The notes below the pieces were generated by a model, which ran no database searches, was not told where the DNA came from, and was given only the letters and a program-made list of their open reading frames with translations. A stretch of 64,000 bases of DNA. Source: Mycoplasma sp. CAG:776 (GTDB lineage: Bacteria > Bacillota_I > Bacilli_A > RF39 > UBA660). Below are positions 17,398 through 27,677 of the stretch, in pieces. A program made the translations under genes and the position numbers. The stretch lies in the NCBI GenBank assembly GCA_000438195.1, contig FR903078.1, forward strand, positions 9,845-73,844. Reading direction: 5' to 3'. Within the stretch, counting starts at the first letter, position 1. Every line of letters begins with the position of its first letter.

Positions 17398-18828
17398 TTA
17401 TTTATTTAGTTTACTATTTAATATCTCTTTTGTTAAAACAGGGTTAGCTTTTCCTCTTGTATTTTTCATGACTTGACCTACAAAATAATCAAATAAATTA
17501 GTTTTGCCATTTTTATATTCTTCTATTTGACTTTGATTATGAGATAGAATTTCATCGATGATTTTTTCTAGTTCTTCTTTATTATTTATTTGCGTATTAT
17601 TCTTACTAATAAAATCTTTAATTTCTTTTTTATTTTCTATAACACTTAGAAATATCTCTTTTGCTTGTTTAGAACTAATTGTCCCTTTTTCTATCTCATC
17701 AATTAAATCTTTTAATCTTTTAGGAGTTAAATACAAATCTTTTACGTTTTGATTATTCTTATTTAAATATCCTAGAATTTGGGTAGTAATCCAATTAGAT
17801 GCACTTTTAGGATCAATATTTAATTTTAAACATTCTTCAAAATAGTCTGCTATCTCTTTATCTTTTACAAGAATTTCAGCATCATAATTAGATAATCCAT
17901 AGTGATTTATATACTCAAGTTTTCTTTCTAAGTGAAGTCTTGGAATACTAGATTCTATTTTTTCTAACCAATCTTGACTAATTTTATATTTAGGAATATT
18001 AGGCTCAACAAAGTATTTATAATCAATAGCATCTGCTTTACTACGCATACGAATTGTACTTTGAGTCTCCTCATCCCATCTTCTGGTTTCTTGTTCAACC
18101 TCACTATATTTTCCAGCTTCTTTTAATTCTGTTTGTCTTTTAATTTCATAATTGATGGTATCACGAACACCACTAAGAGAATTAACGTTTTTAACTTCTA
18201 CTTTGGTACCTAATTCTTTACTATCTTCATCAGCAATAGAAACGTTTACATCACAGCGAATTTGTCCCTTTTTGGTATCTGCTTCTGATACATCTAAATA
18301 GCGATAAATGCGAATGATATTTTCTAGAAATGTTACGGCTTCATCGGCACTATGAAAGCAGGGTTCTGTTACTAATTCTAATAGTGGAACGCCTGAACGA
18401 TTATAATCAATATTAGAAGTATCAAAAAAATGATCTAAACTAGCAGAATCTTCTTCTAAATGTACATCATGAATATAAATTGGTATTAGTTTATCATTAA
18501 CTTCTATTTCCATTTTACCGTTTGTTCCTACAGGATTTGCCATTTGGGTTATTTGATAACCTTTTGGTAAATCAGGATAGTAATAGTTTTTGCGATCAAA
18601 CACCATATATTCAGGTTGTTCACAATTAAGTGCTATACTTATTTTTAGGGCATCTTCGACACATTTTTTGTTTACTACTGGAAGTGTCCCAGGAAATGCC
18701 ATATCTAACGGTGCTATACTAGAATTTGGAGTTTCACTATAAGTGTTTTGAGCTTTAGAAAATACTTTAGAATTACTTTTTAATTCACAATGCATTTCTA
18801 ACCCAATCGTAGCTATTTGCTTTTTCAT
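17398..18828 (-). CDS. gatB: Asp/Glu-tRNA amidotransferase subunit B
   Basis: IGLEMHCEL and YYYPDLPKGYQITQ. C-terminal YqeY-like tail. Follows gatA with a 4-nt overlap. Confidence 0.92.
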   Translation of the reverse strand: MKKQIATIGLEMHCELKSNSKVFSKAQNTYSETPNSSIAPLDMAFPGTLPVVNKKCVEDALKISIALNCEQPEYMVFDRKNYYYPDLPKGYQITQMANPVGTNGKMEIEVNDKLIPIYIHDVHLEEDSASLDHFFDTSNIDYNRSGVPLLELVTEPCFHSADEAVTFLENIIRIYRYLDVSEADTKKGQIRCDVNVSIADEDSKELGTKVEVKNVNSLSGVRDTINYEIKRQTELKEAGKYSEVEQETRRWDEETQSTIRMRSKADAIDYKYFVEPNIPKYKISQDWLEKIESSIPRLHLERKLEYINHYGLSNYDAEILVKDKEIADYFEECLKLNIDPKSASNWITTQILGYLNKNNQNVKDLYLTPKRLKDLIDEIEKGTISSKQAKEIFLSVIENKKEIKDFISKNNTQINNKEELEKIIDEILSHNQSQIEEYKNGKTNLFDYFVGQVMKNTRGKANPVLTKEILNSKLNK

Positions 18829-20279
18829 TCTTGGATCTCCTTTGCTATTTGATTTTTGTAAGGCATTTTTCCTTCTAACGTGTACGCAATATTTAAAACA
18901 TTCGCATCATCATAACAATTTCCTGTAATATTAATTCCTACTGGCAAATTATTGATAAAGCCATTTGGAATGGTAATAGATGGGAAGCCTCCAAAATTGC
19001 CTATTTGTAAATGTTCTTCTAAAACACTAGTTGATGCATCCATAACATCTTTATCTTCCTCTAATTTTTTTGCTGGGCCGCTAGAAACTGGCAAGATTAA
19101 AGCATCGTATTCCTTAAATAGTTCTTTTATTTTATCAACAATTAAACGTCTTACACGTTGAGCATTTTTAAAGTATCGCTCTTGATTTTCTTTTTGTAAA
19201 ACGTATGAACCGATGACAAATCTTCTTTTAATTAATGGTGAAAAACCATTTGTACGATGTTCCCTTATCATTTCAAAGACGTTTTTCTTTTCACTTCTTG
19301 GTCCAAAAATAATTCCCGTTAAATTAGACATATTACTGGTTGCTTCGGCACATGAAATGACAACATATGTACTAGCAATTGCATTTAATAATGTTTGATC
19401 TATGCTTACTTCTTCTATTATGGCTCCTTCTTCTTTTAATAATTCTAAAGTGTTAAAGAAATTATTTAAATGCTCTTTAAGTTCGTTTGCTGGTTTTTCG
19501 TAATTATTTATATCACATATTTCTTTAATATAAAATAATTTCTTACCTTTGATATTACCTGTTAATGATTCTTGTAAGTGAATGTTACTTGAATCCCAAG
19601 TGGTCATATCGAATTCATCTATTCCTTTCATAATATCCGTTACTATTGCGGCATCTTCGACACTTCTAGTTAAAACACCACAATGGTCTAAGCTACTAGC
19701 AAAAGGAAATAAACCGTAACGAGAAAGCATGCCATAGGTTGGTTTATATCCAACAATTCCACAATAAGCTGCTGGTTTACGAATAGAATCGCCCGTATCA
19801 CTTCCTAAAGCAAAGGGATAGACACCAGCTGCTACCGCACAAGCAGATCCTGCTGATGAACCCGCACACATTCTTGTTTTATCCCAAGGATTTAGAACGG
19901 CTCCGGTATGACAAGTTGTACCAGTTCCTCCCATTCCAAATTCATCTAAAGCTGTCTTATTTACCATGATAGCTCCAGCATCTAATAATTTTTGAACTAC
20001 TGTTGCATTAAAAAAAGGAACATAATTTTTTAAAGTATTAGAAGAGCCAGTAGATAATACATCTTTGGTTGAATAATTATCTTTTACCCCAAAAGGAATA
20101 CCTGATACTAAACTTTCAGTTATTGCAGTTGGCTTAGCATCATTACATATCGTTACAAAAGCATTATATTTTTCTTTTACTTCATGAGATTTGCTTAAGG
20201 CTTCTCTTACCAACTCTTCGCTTGTTATTTTTTTATTTATTAATAAGTCATGTAATTCTTTAATACTTTTATTCATCAT
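18825..20279 (-). CDS. gatA: Asp/Glu-tRNA amidotransferase subunit A
   Basis: Amidase signature GSSAGSACAVAAG and GSDTGDSIRKPAAYCG. Start placed at MMNKSIKEL, one base after the gatC stop. Confidence 0.92.
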   Translation of the reverse strand: MMNKSIKELHDLLINKKITSEELVREALSKSHEVKEKYNAFVTICNDAKPTAITESLVSGIPFGVKDNYSTKDVLSTGSSNTLKNYVPFFNATVVQKLLDAGAIMVNKTALDEFGMGGTGTTCHTGAVLNPWDKTRMCAGSSAGSACAVAAGVYPFALGSDTGDSIRKPAAYCGIVGYKPTYGMLSRYGLFPFASSLDHCGVLTRSVEDAAIVTDIMKGIDEFDMTTWDSSNIHLQESLTGNIKGKKLFYIKEICDINNYEKPANELKEHLNNFFNTLELLKEEGAIIEEVSIDQTLLNAIASTYVVISCAEATSNMSNLTGIIFGPRSEKKNVFEMIREHRTNGFSPLIKRRFVIGSYVLQKENQERYFKNAQRVRRLIVDKIKELFKEYDALILPVSSGPAKKLEEDKDVMDASTSVLEEHLQIGNFGGFPSITIPNGFINNLPVGINITGNCYDDANVLNIAYTLEGKMPYKNQIAKEIQE

Positions 20280-20280
20280 G

Positions 20281-20577
20281 TTACTCCACCACCTTTGGAA
20301 CTTCAACTTCTCTTCCATCAGTTGCTCCAGCATTTCTTAAAGCTTCTTCAATAGGAATTGTTTTTTCATATACATCTTCCCTTAATTCACATGTAAAGTC
20401 ATATAGGGCATGAGTCATGGGCTCTATCTCAACAATATTAGGGATTTTATTAATTAAATCGATATTTTGATCAATTATTTCAAATTCATCTAATACTAAC
20501 TTTGTTTCTTCGTCTGTTAGGCCTATTAATAATTTTTCGGCATAATCATTAACCATTTCTTTTGTAAATTTCCTCAT
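20281..20577 (-). CDS. gatC: Asp/Glu-tRNA amidotransferase subunit C
   Basis: 98 aa immediately upstream of gatA, with the typical ..EPMTHAL.. and LREDV pattern. Confidence 0.85.
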   Translation of the reverse strand: MRKFTKEMVNDYAEKLLIGLTDEETKLVLDEFEIIDQNIDLINKIPNIVEIEPMTHALYDFTCELREDVYEKTIPIEEALRNAGATDGREVEVPKVVE

Positions 20578-20579
20578 TT

Positions 20580-21134
20580 TTATTCCTCTCTATTTATTTC
20601 TTTTAAAATTTCGTCTAATCTTTTTTCAAAGTCTTCAATTGTATAATTGTTATCAATGTAATAATCAGCATAGGCAATTGGTCCAGCTTTCGCAATATTT
20701 TCTATTTCAGATATATCTCTTTTTTCAGCTTTTTCTTTGCTAAATGGGCGAATAGGCCTTTTTTCTAGTCTTTCATATCTAATCTTTCTATCTACGATAA
20801 TTGCTATTGTATTTAATTGAGTATTAAATTTTTCTTTTAATATTTTTAATTCGTCCCATGAATAAAGTCCATCTAGTACAACATTATTTGATTTAGCTAA
20901 TTCTTCAATTTGGGGTAATAAAATAATTGCATAAGCGCCTATTCCAAGCTCACTTCTTAATTTTTCACGCATATATTTTTCATTTTCTGGTGTATCTTCT
21001 AAGTTTGCTTCTTTTAATTTAGCAAGAGTAACTCCACCAAAGTAGACTTTTTTATAACCTCTTTTTTCTAGTAAATCACAAGCTACCGATTTACCAGAAC
21101 CACACATACCTACTATTGCTATAATTTTATTCAT
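20580..21134 (-). CDS. P-loop nucleotide/nucleoside kinase-like protein (dephospho-CoA kinase-like fold)
   Basis: Walker A VGMCGSGKS at the N-terminus. Start placed at MNKIIAIVG behind GGAGGAAG. About 185 aa. Confidence 0.55.
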   Translation of the reverse strand: MNKIIAIVGMCGSGKSVACDLLEKRGYKKVYFGGVTLAKLKEANLEDTPENEKYMREKLRSELGIGAYAIILLPQIEELAKSNNVVLDGLYSWDELKILKEKFNTQLNTIAIIVDRKIRYERLEKRPIRPFSKEKAEKRDISEIENIAKAGPIAYADYYIDNNYTIEDFEKRLDEILKEINREE

Positions 21135-21144
21135 CGCTTCCTCC

Positions 21145-22509
21145 TTAAAAATCACAATTTTTTGGTGTTCTTGGATATGGAATTACATCTCTTATATTAT
21201 CTACACCTGTTAGATAAATTAATAATCTTTCAAATCCCATTCCAAAACCAGAATGAATACAACTGCCATATTTTCTTAAGTTTAAATACCAATCCATAGA
21301 ACTTGAATCAATTCTGAGCTCTTCCATTCTATTTACTAGTTTATCATAATCTTCTTCTCTTTGAGAGCCTCCCATTAATTCCCCTGCTCCTGGAACTTCT
21401 AAATCTACCGCAGCAACCGTTTTTCCGTCTTCATTTAATTTCATGTAAAAAGCTTTGATATCCTTTGGCCAATTTTTAATAAATACTGGGCCATCAAAAT
21501 ATTCAGTTATATATTTTTCGTGTTCTTTAGCAATATCTTCACCATATTCTGGATTAAACTCCCATTTTACATCAGCATTTTTTAATATTTTAATAGCTTC
21601 TTCATGATCGATACGGGTAAATTTGCTATTTACTAATTTTTCTAATTTCTCTTTTAAGCCTTTTTCTATGAATTGATCAAAAAATCTAATTTCTTCTTTC
21701 GCATTATCTAAAACATATCTAACAATATATTTTAGCATATCTTCCATGATATCCATGTTGCCTTCTAAATCACAAAAGGCGATTTCTGGTTCAATCATCC
21801 AAAATTCTGAAGCATGAGTTTTGGTATTAGAATTCTCGGCACGGAAGGTTGGACCAAAAGTATAAGTTTTTTTATAAGCCATAGCAAAAGTTTCGGCTTC
21901 TAATTGACCACTTACTGTTAAATTAGTCATTTTTCCAAAAAAATCTTTGCTATAATCCACTTTGCCATTTAGTTTTTCTATTGGAAGAGTTGTTACTTGA
22001 AACATTTCCCCTGCTCCTTCACAGTCACTAGCAGTAATTAAGGGAGCATGGAAATATACATATCCTCTTTCTTGAAAATATTTATGAATAGCGTAAGCAG
22101 CTATACTTCTTACACGGAATACTGCTTGAAAAAGATTAGTCCTTGGTCTTAAATAGGCAACTTCTCTTAAAAATTCTCTAGTGTGTCTTTTTGGTTGAAT
22201 TGGATAATCTTCTGGGCATGCTCCTAAGAGAGTAATTTTAGTTGCTTGCATTTCATAAGCTTGATTTCCCTTTGAAGGCACTATTTTTCCTTCAACCTCA
22301 ATTGCACTTCCAACTAATAATTTTTGGATTTCTTCAAAATTTGATAAATTCTCATCATAAACTACTTGTAAGTGTTCAAAAGTTGTGCCATCCGAAAAAT
22401 CAATAAAACCAAATGTTTTTTGATCTCTATGATTTCTAATCCATCCTTCTACTTTGATTTCTTTTCCTACACAGGACTCTATATCTTGCCATAAATCTCT
22501 TAAATCCAT
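21145..22509 (-). CDS. asnS: Asparagine--tRNA ligase
   Basis: Class IIb motifs FRAENSNTKTHASEFWMIEPE and GFGMGFERL. Confidence 0.9.
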   Translation of the reverse strand: MDLRDLWQDIESCVGKEIKVEGWIRNHRDQKTFGFIDFSDGTTFEHLQVVYDENLSNFEEIQKLLVGSAIEVEGKIVPSKGNQAYEMQATKITLLGACPEDYPIQPKRHTREFLREVAYLRPRTNLFQAVFRVRSIAAYAIHKYFQERGYVYFHAPLITASDCEGAGEMFQVTTLPIEKLNGKVDYSKDFFGKMTNLTVSGQLEAETFAMAYKKTYTFGPTFRAENSNTKTHASEFWMIEPEIAFCDLEGNMDIMEDMLKYIVRYVLDNAKEEIRFFDQFIEKGLKEKLEKLVNSKFTRIDHEEAIKILKNADVKWEFNPEYGEDIAKEHEKYITEYFDGPVFIKNWPKDIKAFYMKLNEDGKTVAAVDLEVPGAGELMGGSQREEDYDKLVNRMEELRIDSSSMDWYLNLRKYGSCIHSGFGMGFERLLIYLTGVDNIRDVIPYPRTPKNCDF

Positions 22510-22520
22510 TTATATTCTCC

Positions 22521-24254
22521 TTAATCTCTTATTTTAATATGTAATTCTTGTAATTGTCTTTCTTCTAATTCGTTTGGACTACCCATAAGTAAATCCATTC
22601 CACTTACATTTGGAGGAAAAACTTGAACTTCTCTTAAGTTTTCTTCTCCTGTTAAAAGCATAATCATGCGGTCAATTCCTGGTGCCATTCCTGCATGAGG
22701 AGGTGCTCCAAACGTGAAAGCAGTATATAATGAGCGAAATTTATTTTTAATTGTCTCTTCATCATATCCAGCAATATCGAATGCTTTTTTCATGATTTCA
22801 ATGTCATGATTTCTTACTGCTCCACTTGCCATTTCATAACCATTACAAACAAAATCATATTGATTTGCTACGATATCACCGGGATTTGTATTCATTAAAG
22901 ATTCTAAACCGCCTTTAGGCATGCTAAATGGATTATGCCCAAAATCCCATTTGTTATCTTCTTCGTTCCATTCGTACATTGGAAAATCATTAATGATGCA
23001 GAATTCAAAAATGTCGTTATTAATTAATGCTAATTCTTCGCCTAATTTTGTTCTTAAAATTCCGCTTAATTTATCAATATTCTTATTTCCGGCGATAATA
23101 AAGACAACATTTCCGCTTTCTAAATTTAAATCTTCCTTTAAAGTTGCGATTTCACTAGCACTCAAAAATTTTGTAATTGTCGATTTAAAATTTAAATCTT
23201 CTTCAACTTTTATATAAGCAAGTCCCTCTGCTCCTTTTTCTTTTATAAACTCTTCTAACTTTTTATACCAAGAGTTAGGTTTTTCTATTGTTTTTACCTT
23301 AATGGCTCTTATTTTTTTATTTTTGAAACCATTAAATTCTGTATTAGCAAAAATTTTAGTAATATCTTCAATAATTAAAGGATTTCTTAAATCTGGTTTA
23401 TCGGTTCCATATTTTAGCATTGCTTCCTTGTAAGGAATTCTCTTAAATGGATGAGAAGAAACTTTTTTATCACTAAATTTTGTAAATAAGTTATAAAATA
23501 CTGTTTCTCCCACTTCATAAACATCTTCTTCTGTTGCAAAACTCATTTCAAAATCTAATTGATAAAATTCTAAAGTCCGATCTGCTCGACAATCTTCATC
23601 ACGAAAACATGGGGCAATTTGAAAGTAACGATTAAAGCCTGATACCATTAATAATTGTTTATAAATTTGAGGAGCTTGAGGTAAAGCATAAAACTTTCCT
23701 TTATAATTTCTAGATGGTATAACAAAGTCTCTTGCTCCCTCAGGACTAGAAGCTGTAATAATTGGTGTAGTAATTTCCGTAAAATTCATCTGTTTCATAA
23801 TTGAACGAATTTCATCAATTACTTTTGTACGAAATAAAATTTTATCATGTACTAAAGGATTTCTTAAATCTAAATAACGATATCTTAATCTTGTTTCTTC
23901 ACTTGCTTCTTTACTTCTATTTATTTCAAAAGGCAGAATATTAGCGCATTTCCCTAAAATATTTATTTCTTTTAATAAAATTTCAATTTCTCCCGTTTTC
24001 ATATTCGGATTGATATCTTTTTCTCTTAAATTTACTGTTCCGGTAATACTAACTGTAGACTCTCTTGTGAGATCTTTTATTTTAGAGATATCTTCGCTTA
24101 TCACTTGAACAATTCCTGTTTCATCTCGAATTGTTAAAAATACAAGACTTCCTAAATTTCTTATGGAATTAACCCAACCAGCTATTTTAATTTCTTGCCC
24201 AACATCTTCTTTAGTAATTTCACCACAATAGCGGTTTCTATAAATATTCTCCAT
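22521..24254 (-). CDS. aspS: Aspartate--tRNA ligase
   Basis: FQIAPCFRDEDCRADRTLEFYQLDFE and GMAPGIDRM. Bacterial insertion domain present. Confidence 0.92.
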   Translation of the reverse strand: MENIYRNRYCGEITKEDVGQEIKIAGWVNSIRNLGSLVFLTIRDETGIVQVISEDISKIKDLTRESTVSITGTVNLREKDINPNMKTGEIEILLKEINILGKCANILPFEINRSKEASEETRLRYRYLDLRNPLVHDKILFRTKVIDEIRSIMKQMNFTEITTPIITASSPEGARDFVIPSRNYKGKFYALPQAPQIYKQLLMVSGFNRYFQIAPCFRDEDCRADRTLEFYQLDFEMSFATEEDVYEVGETVFYNLFTKFSDKKVSSHPFKRIPYKEAMLKYGTDKPDLRNPLIIEDITKIFANTEFNGFKNKKIRAIKVKTIEKPNSWYKKLEEFIKEKGAEGLAYIKVEEDLNFKSTITKFLSASEIATLKEDLNLESGNVVFIIAGNKNIDKLSGILRTKLGEELALINNDIFEFCIINDFPMYEWNEEDNKWDFGHNPFSMPKGGLESLMNTNPGDIVANQYDFVCNGYEMASGAVRNHDIEIMKKAFDIAGYDEETIKNKFRSLYTAFTFGAPPHAGMAPGIDRMIMLLTGEENLREVQVFPPNVSGMDLLMGSPNELEERQLQELHIKIRD

Positions 24255-24262
24255 ATTTCCTC

Positions 24263-25528
24263 CTATAAATTGCTAATAATATAATCTAATATTTCATTTT
24301 CATCTACTTTAGTTTCTTCTTTCGTTAAATTATCTTTAACAGTAATCATTCCTTTTTGCAAATCTTCACTATTTAAAATCACTAATAATCTAGCATTTAG
24401 TCGATCTGCTTGTTTAAATTGAGCTTTTAATCCACGATTTAAAGTATCCATTTCTGTTTTAATCTCACTCCAACGTAAATCTTGAACTAATCTTAAAGCT
24501 GTAATTTTTTCTTCTTCATTTATAGCCATAACATAAACATCAATCGTATTTTTAATTTCTTTTTCTTTATTTAATTCTTGTAAAACAATCATTAAACGAT
24601 CTACTCCACAAGCAAACCCTATTCCAGGAGTCTCGGGCCCTCCTAAATTTGATACTAAATTATTATAACGTCCTCCACCACATAAAGTAGAAGCATTTCC
24701 TAATTCATTTAAATCTGCTACTAATTCAAAAACAGTATGATTGTAATAGTCTAGTCCTCTTACAATGTTAGTATCTATTTCATAGTCTATATCTAAATAT
24801 TCTAAATATTCTAAAACTTTTTTAAATCTTATTCTACTCTCTTCATTTAAGTAATCCATAATAGAGGGTGCATTTTTTAAAATCTCACTATCTTTATCTA
24901 CTTTACAATCTAATATTCTTAAAGGATTTGTTTTGAACCTTTTTTGACAATCTTCACATAATTCATTTAAATGTGGTTCTAAATATTTGATAAGAGCAGA
25001 ACGGTAATTTTCACGCGACTTACTATCTCCGAGTGTATTAATTTTAACCGTAATATTATCTATCCCCATCTCTTCTAAAGTTCGGTAAGCAAGAGATATT
25101 ACCTCTGCATCTATAATCGCTGAATCACTTCCTAGTACTTCTACTCCGATTTGAGATAATTCTCTATATCTTCCTGCTTGTGGCCTTTCATAACGATACA
25201 TTGTTCCGCTATAATAAAGTTTAATTGGCTGATTTACTTCGCCATACATCTTATTCTCAATATAGCTTCTAACTACTCCGGCTGTTCCTTCTGGTCTTAG
25301 TGTTACATTTCTGTCTCCACGATCTTTAAAATCATAAGTCTCTTTGGAAACAATGTCTGTTGTTTCGCCAACTCCTCTATGAAATAGCTCACTTTCTTCA
25401 AAAATAGGTGTTCGAATATATTCATAATTGTAGTATTCACATACTGATGAAAATACACCATTAATATAGTTATAGAACTTAGCATTCTTACCATAAATAT
25501 CATAGGTTCCTTTTGGTTTTGTTATCAT
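24263..25528 (-). CDS. hisS: Histidine--tRNA ligase
   Basis: RYERPQAGRYRE and GGGRYNNL. Start placed at MITKPKGTYD behind AAGGAGGAG. The track's longer start lies inside the RBS. Confidence 0.92.
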   Translation of the reverse strand: MITKPKGTYDIYGKNAKFYNYINGVFSSVCEYYNYEYIRTPIFEESELFHRGVGETTDIVSKETYDFKDRGDRNVTLRPEGTAGVVRSYIENKMYGEVNQPIKLYYSGTMYRYERPQAGRYRELSQIGVEVLGSDSAIIDAEVISLAYRTLEEMGIDNITVKINTLGDSKSRENYRSALIKYLEPHLNELCEDCQKRFKTNPLRILDCKVDKDSEILKNAPSIMDYLNEESRIRFKKVLEYLEYLDIDYEIDTNIVRGLDYYNHTVFELVADLNELGNASTLCGGGRYNNLVSNLGGPETPGIGFACGVDRLMIVLQELNKEKEIKNTIDVYVMAINEEEKITALRLVQDLRWSEIKTEMDTLNRGLKAQFKQADRLNARLLVILNSEDLQKGMITVKDNLTKEETKVDENEILDYIISNL

Positions 25529-25547
25529 TTTTTTCTCCTCCTTAAAC

Positions 25548-25756
25548 AAAAAAACTTAGTATCATAAGGACGGATATCTCCGCGGTGCCACCTTATTTTA
25601 CTAAGTACTCTTGAACTTTTATCGCATTTATGCGTTTTCTAAATCTCTGAAAGCTGTCTTTCTAATTTATTTACTTAGGCATTTTCAGCATATTTAGCCC
25701 TCTCTTGAAAGTAAAACATAATTATACTTGGTCTTTCTTTAGAAAAATATTCTATG
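25548..25756 (-). promoter_or_regulatory. T-box leader of the hisS-aspS-asnS operon
   Basis: Minus strand carries AAGGTGGCACCGCGG (25594-25580), an AGAGAGGG AG-box, and terminator ACTTAGTAAAATAAGG / CCTTATGATACTAAGT followed by seven T. Promoter TTGACA, 17-nt spacer, TAAAAT upstream. Possible specifier GAC in ..TAGAAAGACAGC.. Confidence 0.8.
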
Positions 25757-25797
25757 TAAGTTATTTTATTATATTTTATTTATAGTGTCAAGTTCTT

Positions 25798-26427
25798 TTA
25801 ACGAAGAGACCTTGAAAAAACTAATTTATTGGCAAATAATTCTTCAAAATCTAATTCGTCTTTTAACATTTCTTCATAATTCATTAAATTTGCATTTTTA
25901 TTTTTGAAATGAGTTGCTGCTAAATATCCTTTACTTGCTTTTATTATCTCGAAAACTAATTTTCTAATTTTAGAAGCTAAAATATTTTGTAAAATCATAT
26001 TTTGAACTTCTTCTTTAACTTGTATTGATCTCTCATCTAATGGTAAACTTTCTAATAATTTAAAGATGTTTTTATGTAGATATCTTTCTAACTCTGTTTT
26101 CTCTACTAAGTCAATATTTTCGTTAAATAGAAAATTAATAATATTTCCTAGAGAATCAATTAATATTGTGTAGTCTTCAGCAAGTCTTACGCTCTTAAAT
26201 TTATTAAATGCTAAAAAATCTAATTCCAATTGGTTAAATAAAACCGAAGGATTATTCTCTTCTGATTCTGATTTCTGGATTTGCCAATTTTGTGCATATT
26301 TTCTTGCTAATTCTAAAAGAAAACCTTCGCCAATTCCTACATTTAGATATTTGTTATAAAATAACAATAACTCCTCTTCACAGCTCATATTTTTTTCTTG
26401 TCTCATAATGTCTCCATTTCTATTCAC
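25798..26427 (-). CDS. Hypothetical protein, possibly distantly related to the two upstream paralogs
   Basis: 209-aa ORF, same strand, 55 nt after the preceding gene. No recognisable motif. Confidence 0.5.
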   Translation of the reverse strand: MNRNGDIMRQEKNMSCEEELLLFYNKYLNVGIGEGFLLELARKYAQNWQIQKSESEENNPSVLFNQLELDFLAFNKFKSVRLAEDYTILIDSLGNIINFLFNENIDLVEKTELERYLHKNIFKLLESLPLDERSIQVKEEVQNMILQNILASKIRKLVFEIIKASKGYLAATHFKNKNANLMNYEEMLKDELDFEELFANKLVFSRSLR

Positions 26428-26482
26428 TTTTTTAGTGTGAGAATAATTGTATCAGAAAAAAATAAAAATGTAAAGATGTAAT

Positions 26483-27070
26483 TTATTTTCTGGTAATTGA
26501 CTCAACAAACGATAGAAGTGAAGAATTTTGAAACGTAATTAGATTGTGATAGGCAATTTGAAACATCCCTGCTCTGGTCAATCTTTCTTTGTCTGTATAT
26601 TTTGTTACTAGCAACTCTGCAGCATAAGAATATATCAAAGATTTTAAATATGTGATCTCTTTAAATCTTTCTAATTCTTCTTGAAATATTTTTGTTTTAC
26701 TTTTCTTTAAAATTTCTAAAACTTCTTCTAAAGGTAAAAGAGGTAAAAATAGTTTTTGGTGATTAATTACAACTTTTCTTGCCATTCCTTTTAGATCAAA
26801 AAGAATGTAAGAAGATTGATCAATATTAAAGGTATATTGTTCTTGATAATTTAAATAACATGCGCTTTTGTAATCTAAGCTTGAAATACTAGTTAGAGGC
26901 ATTATGGTTGAATTATAATTTCCACCTTTGATTACTTTCATAATTCTTCCTTTTGTAAAATATTTATAATAACTAGAAGCCAATAGATTTGCTAAAATAA
27001 TAAAGTATTCTTTTGTTTCTAATTTCTCACCATATTTTATTAATTCTTCTACTATTTTCCCTTTATTCAT
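26483..27070 (-). CDS. Hypothetical protein, paralog of 27067-27675
   Basis: N-terminus IVEELIKYGEKLETKEYFIILANLLASSYYKYF aligns with IKTILETYGEKLEEKDYFVNLSIHLANCYYKFF of the neighbour. 4-nt start/stop overlap. Confidence 0.6.
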   Translation of the reverse strand: MNKGKIVEELIKYGEKLETKEYFIILANLLASSYYKYFTKGRIMKVIKGGNYNSTIMPLTSISSLDYKSACYLNYQEQYTFNIDQSSYILFDLKGMARKVVINHQKLFLPLLPLEEVLEILKKSKTKIFQEELERFKEITYLKSLIYSYAAELLVTKYTDKERLTRAGMFQIAYHNLITFQNSSLLSFVESITRK

Positions 27071-27675
27071 TGTTTTCTTGCATTTTCCATTTCTACATTT
27101 AAATATAATCCTTTTATTCTTGGAAGACTTTTATTTAAGTTAATAATATGAAAATAAGCATTATGAAACATCCCAGTTCTTACAATGTCCATTTTACTTT
27201 TTTGCTTCAAATTTAAAAGAATGAGTGCAAAATGATATATGGCCGATAGTAATTCTAATTTTTCCATAATTTGATTTATAATATTCTTTTCTTTTATCAC
27301 TTGATATTGTTCTGCAATATTTAAAGCCTCTAAAACATTTAAATCATTTATTCTCATTGGATGAGAACGAATAATAAATTCATGAACTTGGCCGGTAGAA
27401 TCGCACACAATATGAGAGTTATCAGCTAATATCAATTCTATTATTTCATCTTGTCTTAAATAATTTTGATCTTTTTCATTAGGGAAAAAAGCTAAAATAT
27501 CTAACTTTGTTTTGCTAAGTGATATCCCCTCTTTATATAGTTCATCTATTTTTTTATTATTAAAAAATTTGTAATAGCAATTCGCTAAATGTATACTTAA
27601 ATTCACAAAATAATCTTTTTCTTCTAATTTTTCACCATATGTTTCTAAAATTGTTTTTATTTCTTCAAAATTCAT
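27067..27675 (-). CDS. Hypothetical protein, paralog of 26483-27070
   Basis: See the paralog alignment above. Starts 2 nt after the dtd stop. Confidence 0.6.
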   Translation of the reverse strand: MNFEEIKTILETYGEKLEEKDYFVNLSIHLANCYYKFFNNKKIDELYKEGISLSKTKLDILAFFPNEKDQNYLRQDEIIELILADNSHIVCDSTGQVHEFIIRSHPMRINDLNVLEALNIAEQYQVIKEKNIINQIMEKLELLSAIYHFALILLNLKQKSKMDIVRTGMFHNAYFHIINLNKSLPRIKGLYLNVEMENARKQ

Positions 27676-27677
27676 AA

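Noticed and set aside
25303-25503. 66-aa same-strand out-of-frame ORF inside hisS, and similar internal antisense ORFs (1439-1633, 11469-11786, 14541-14744, 22921-23217, 56169-56890)
   Set aside because: They are fully nested in strongly supported genes, lack an RBS, and have the low-complexity composition typical of AT-rich off-frame or antisense reading.
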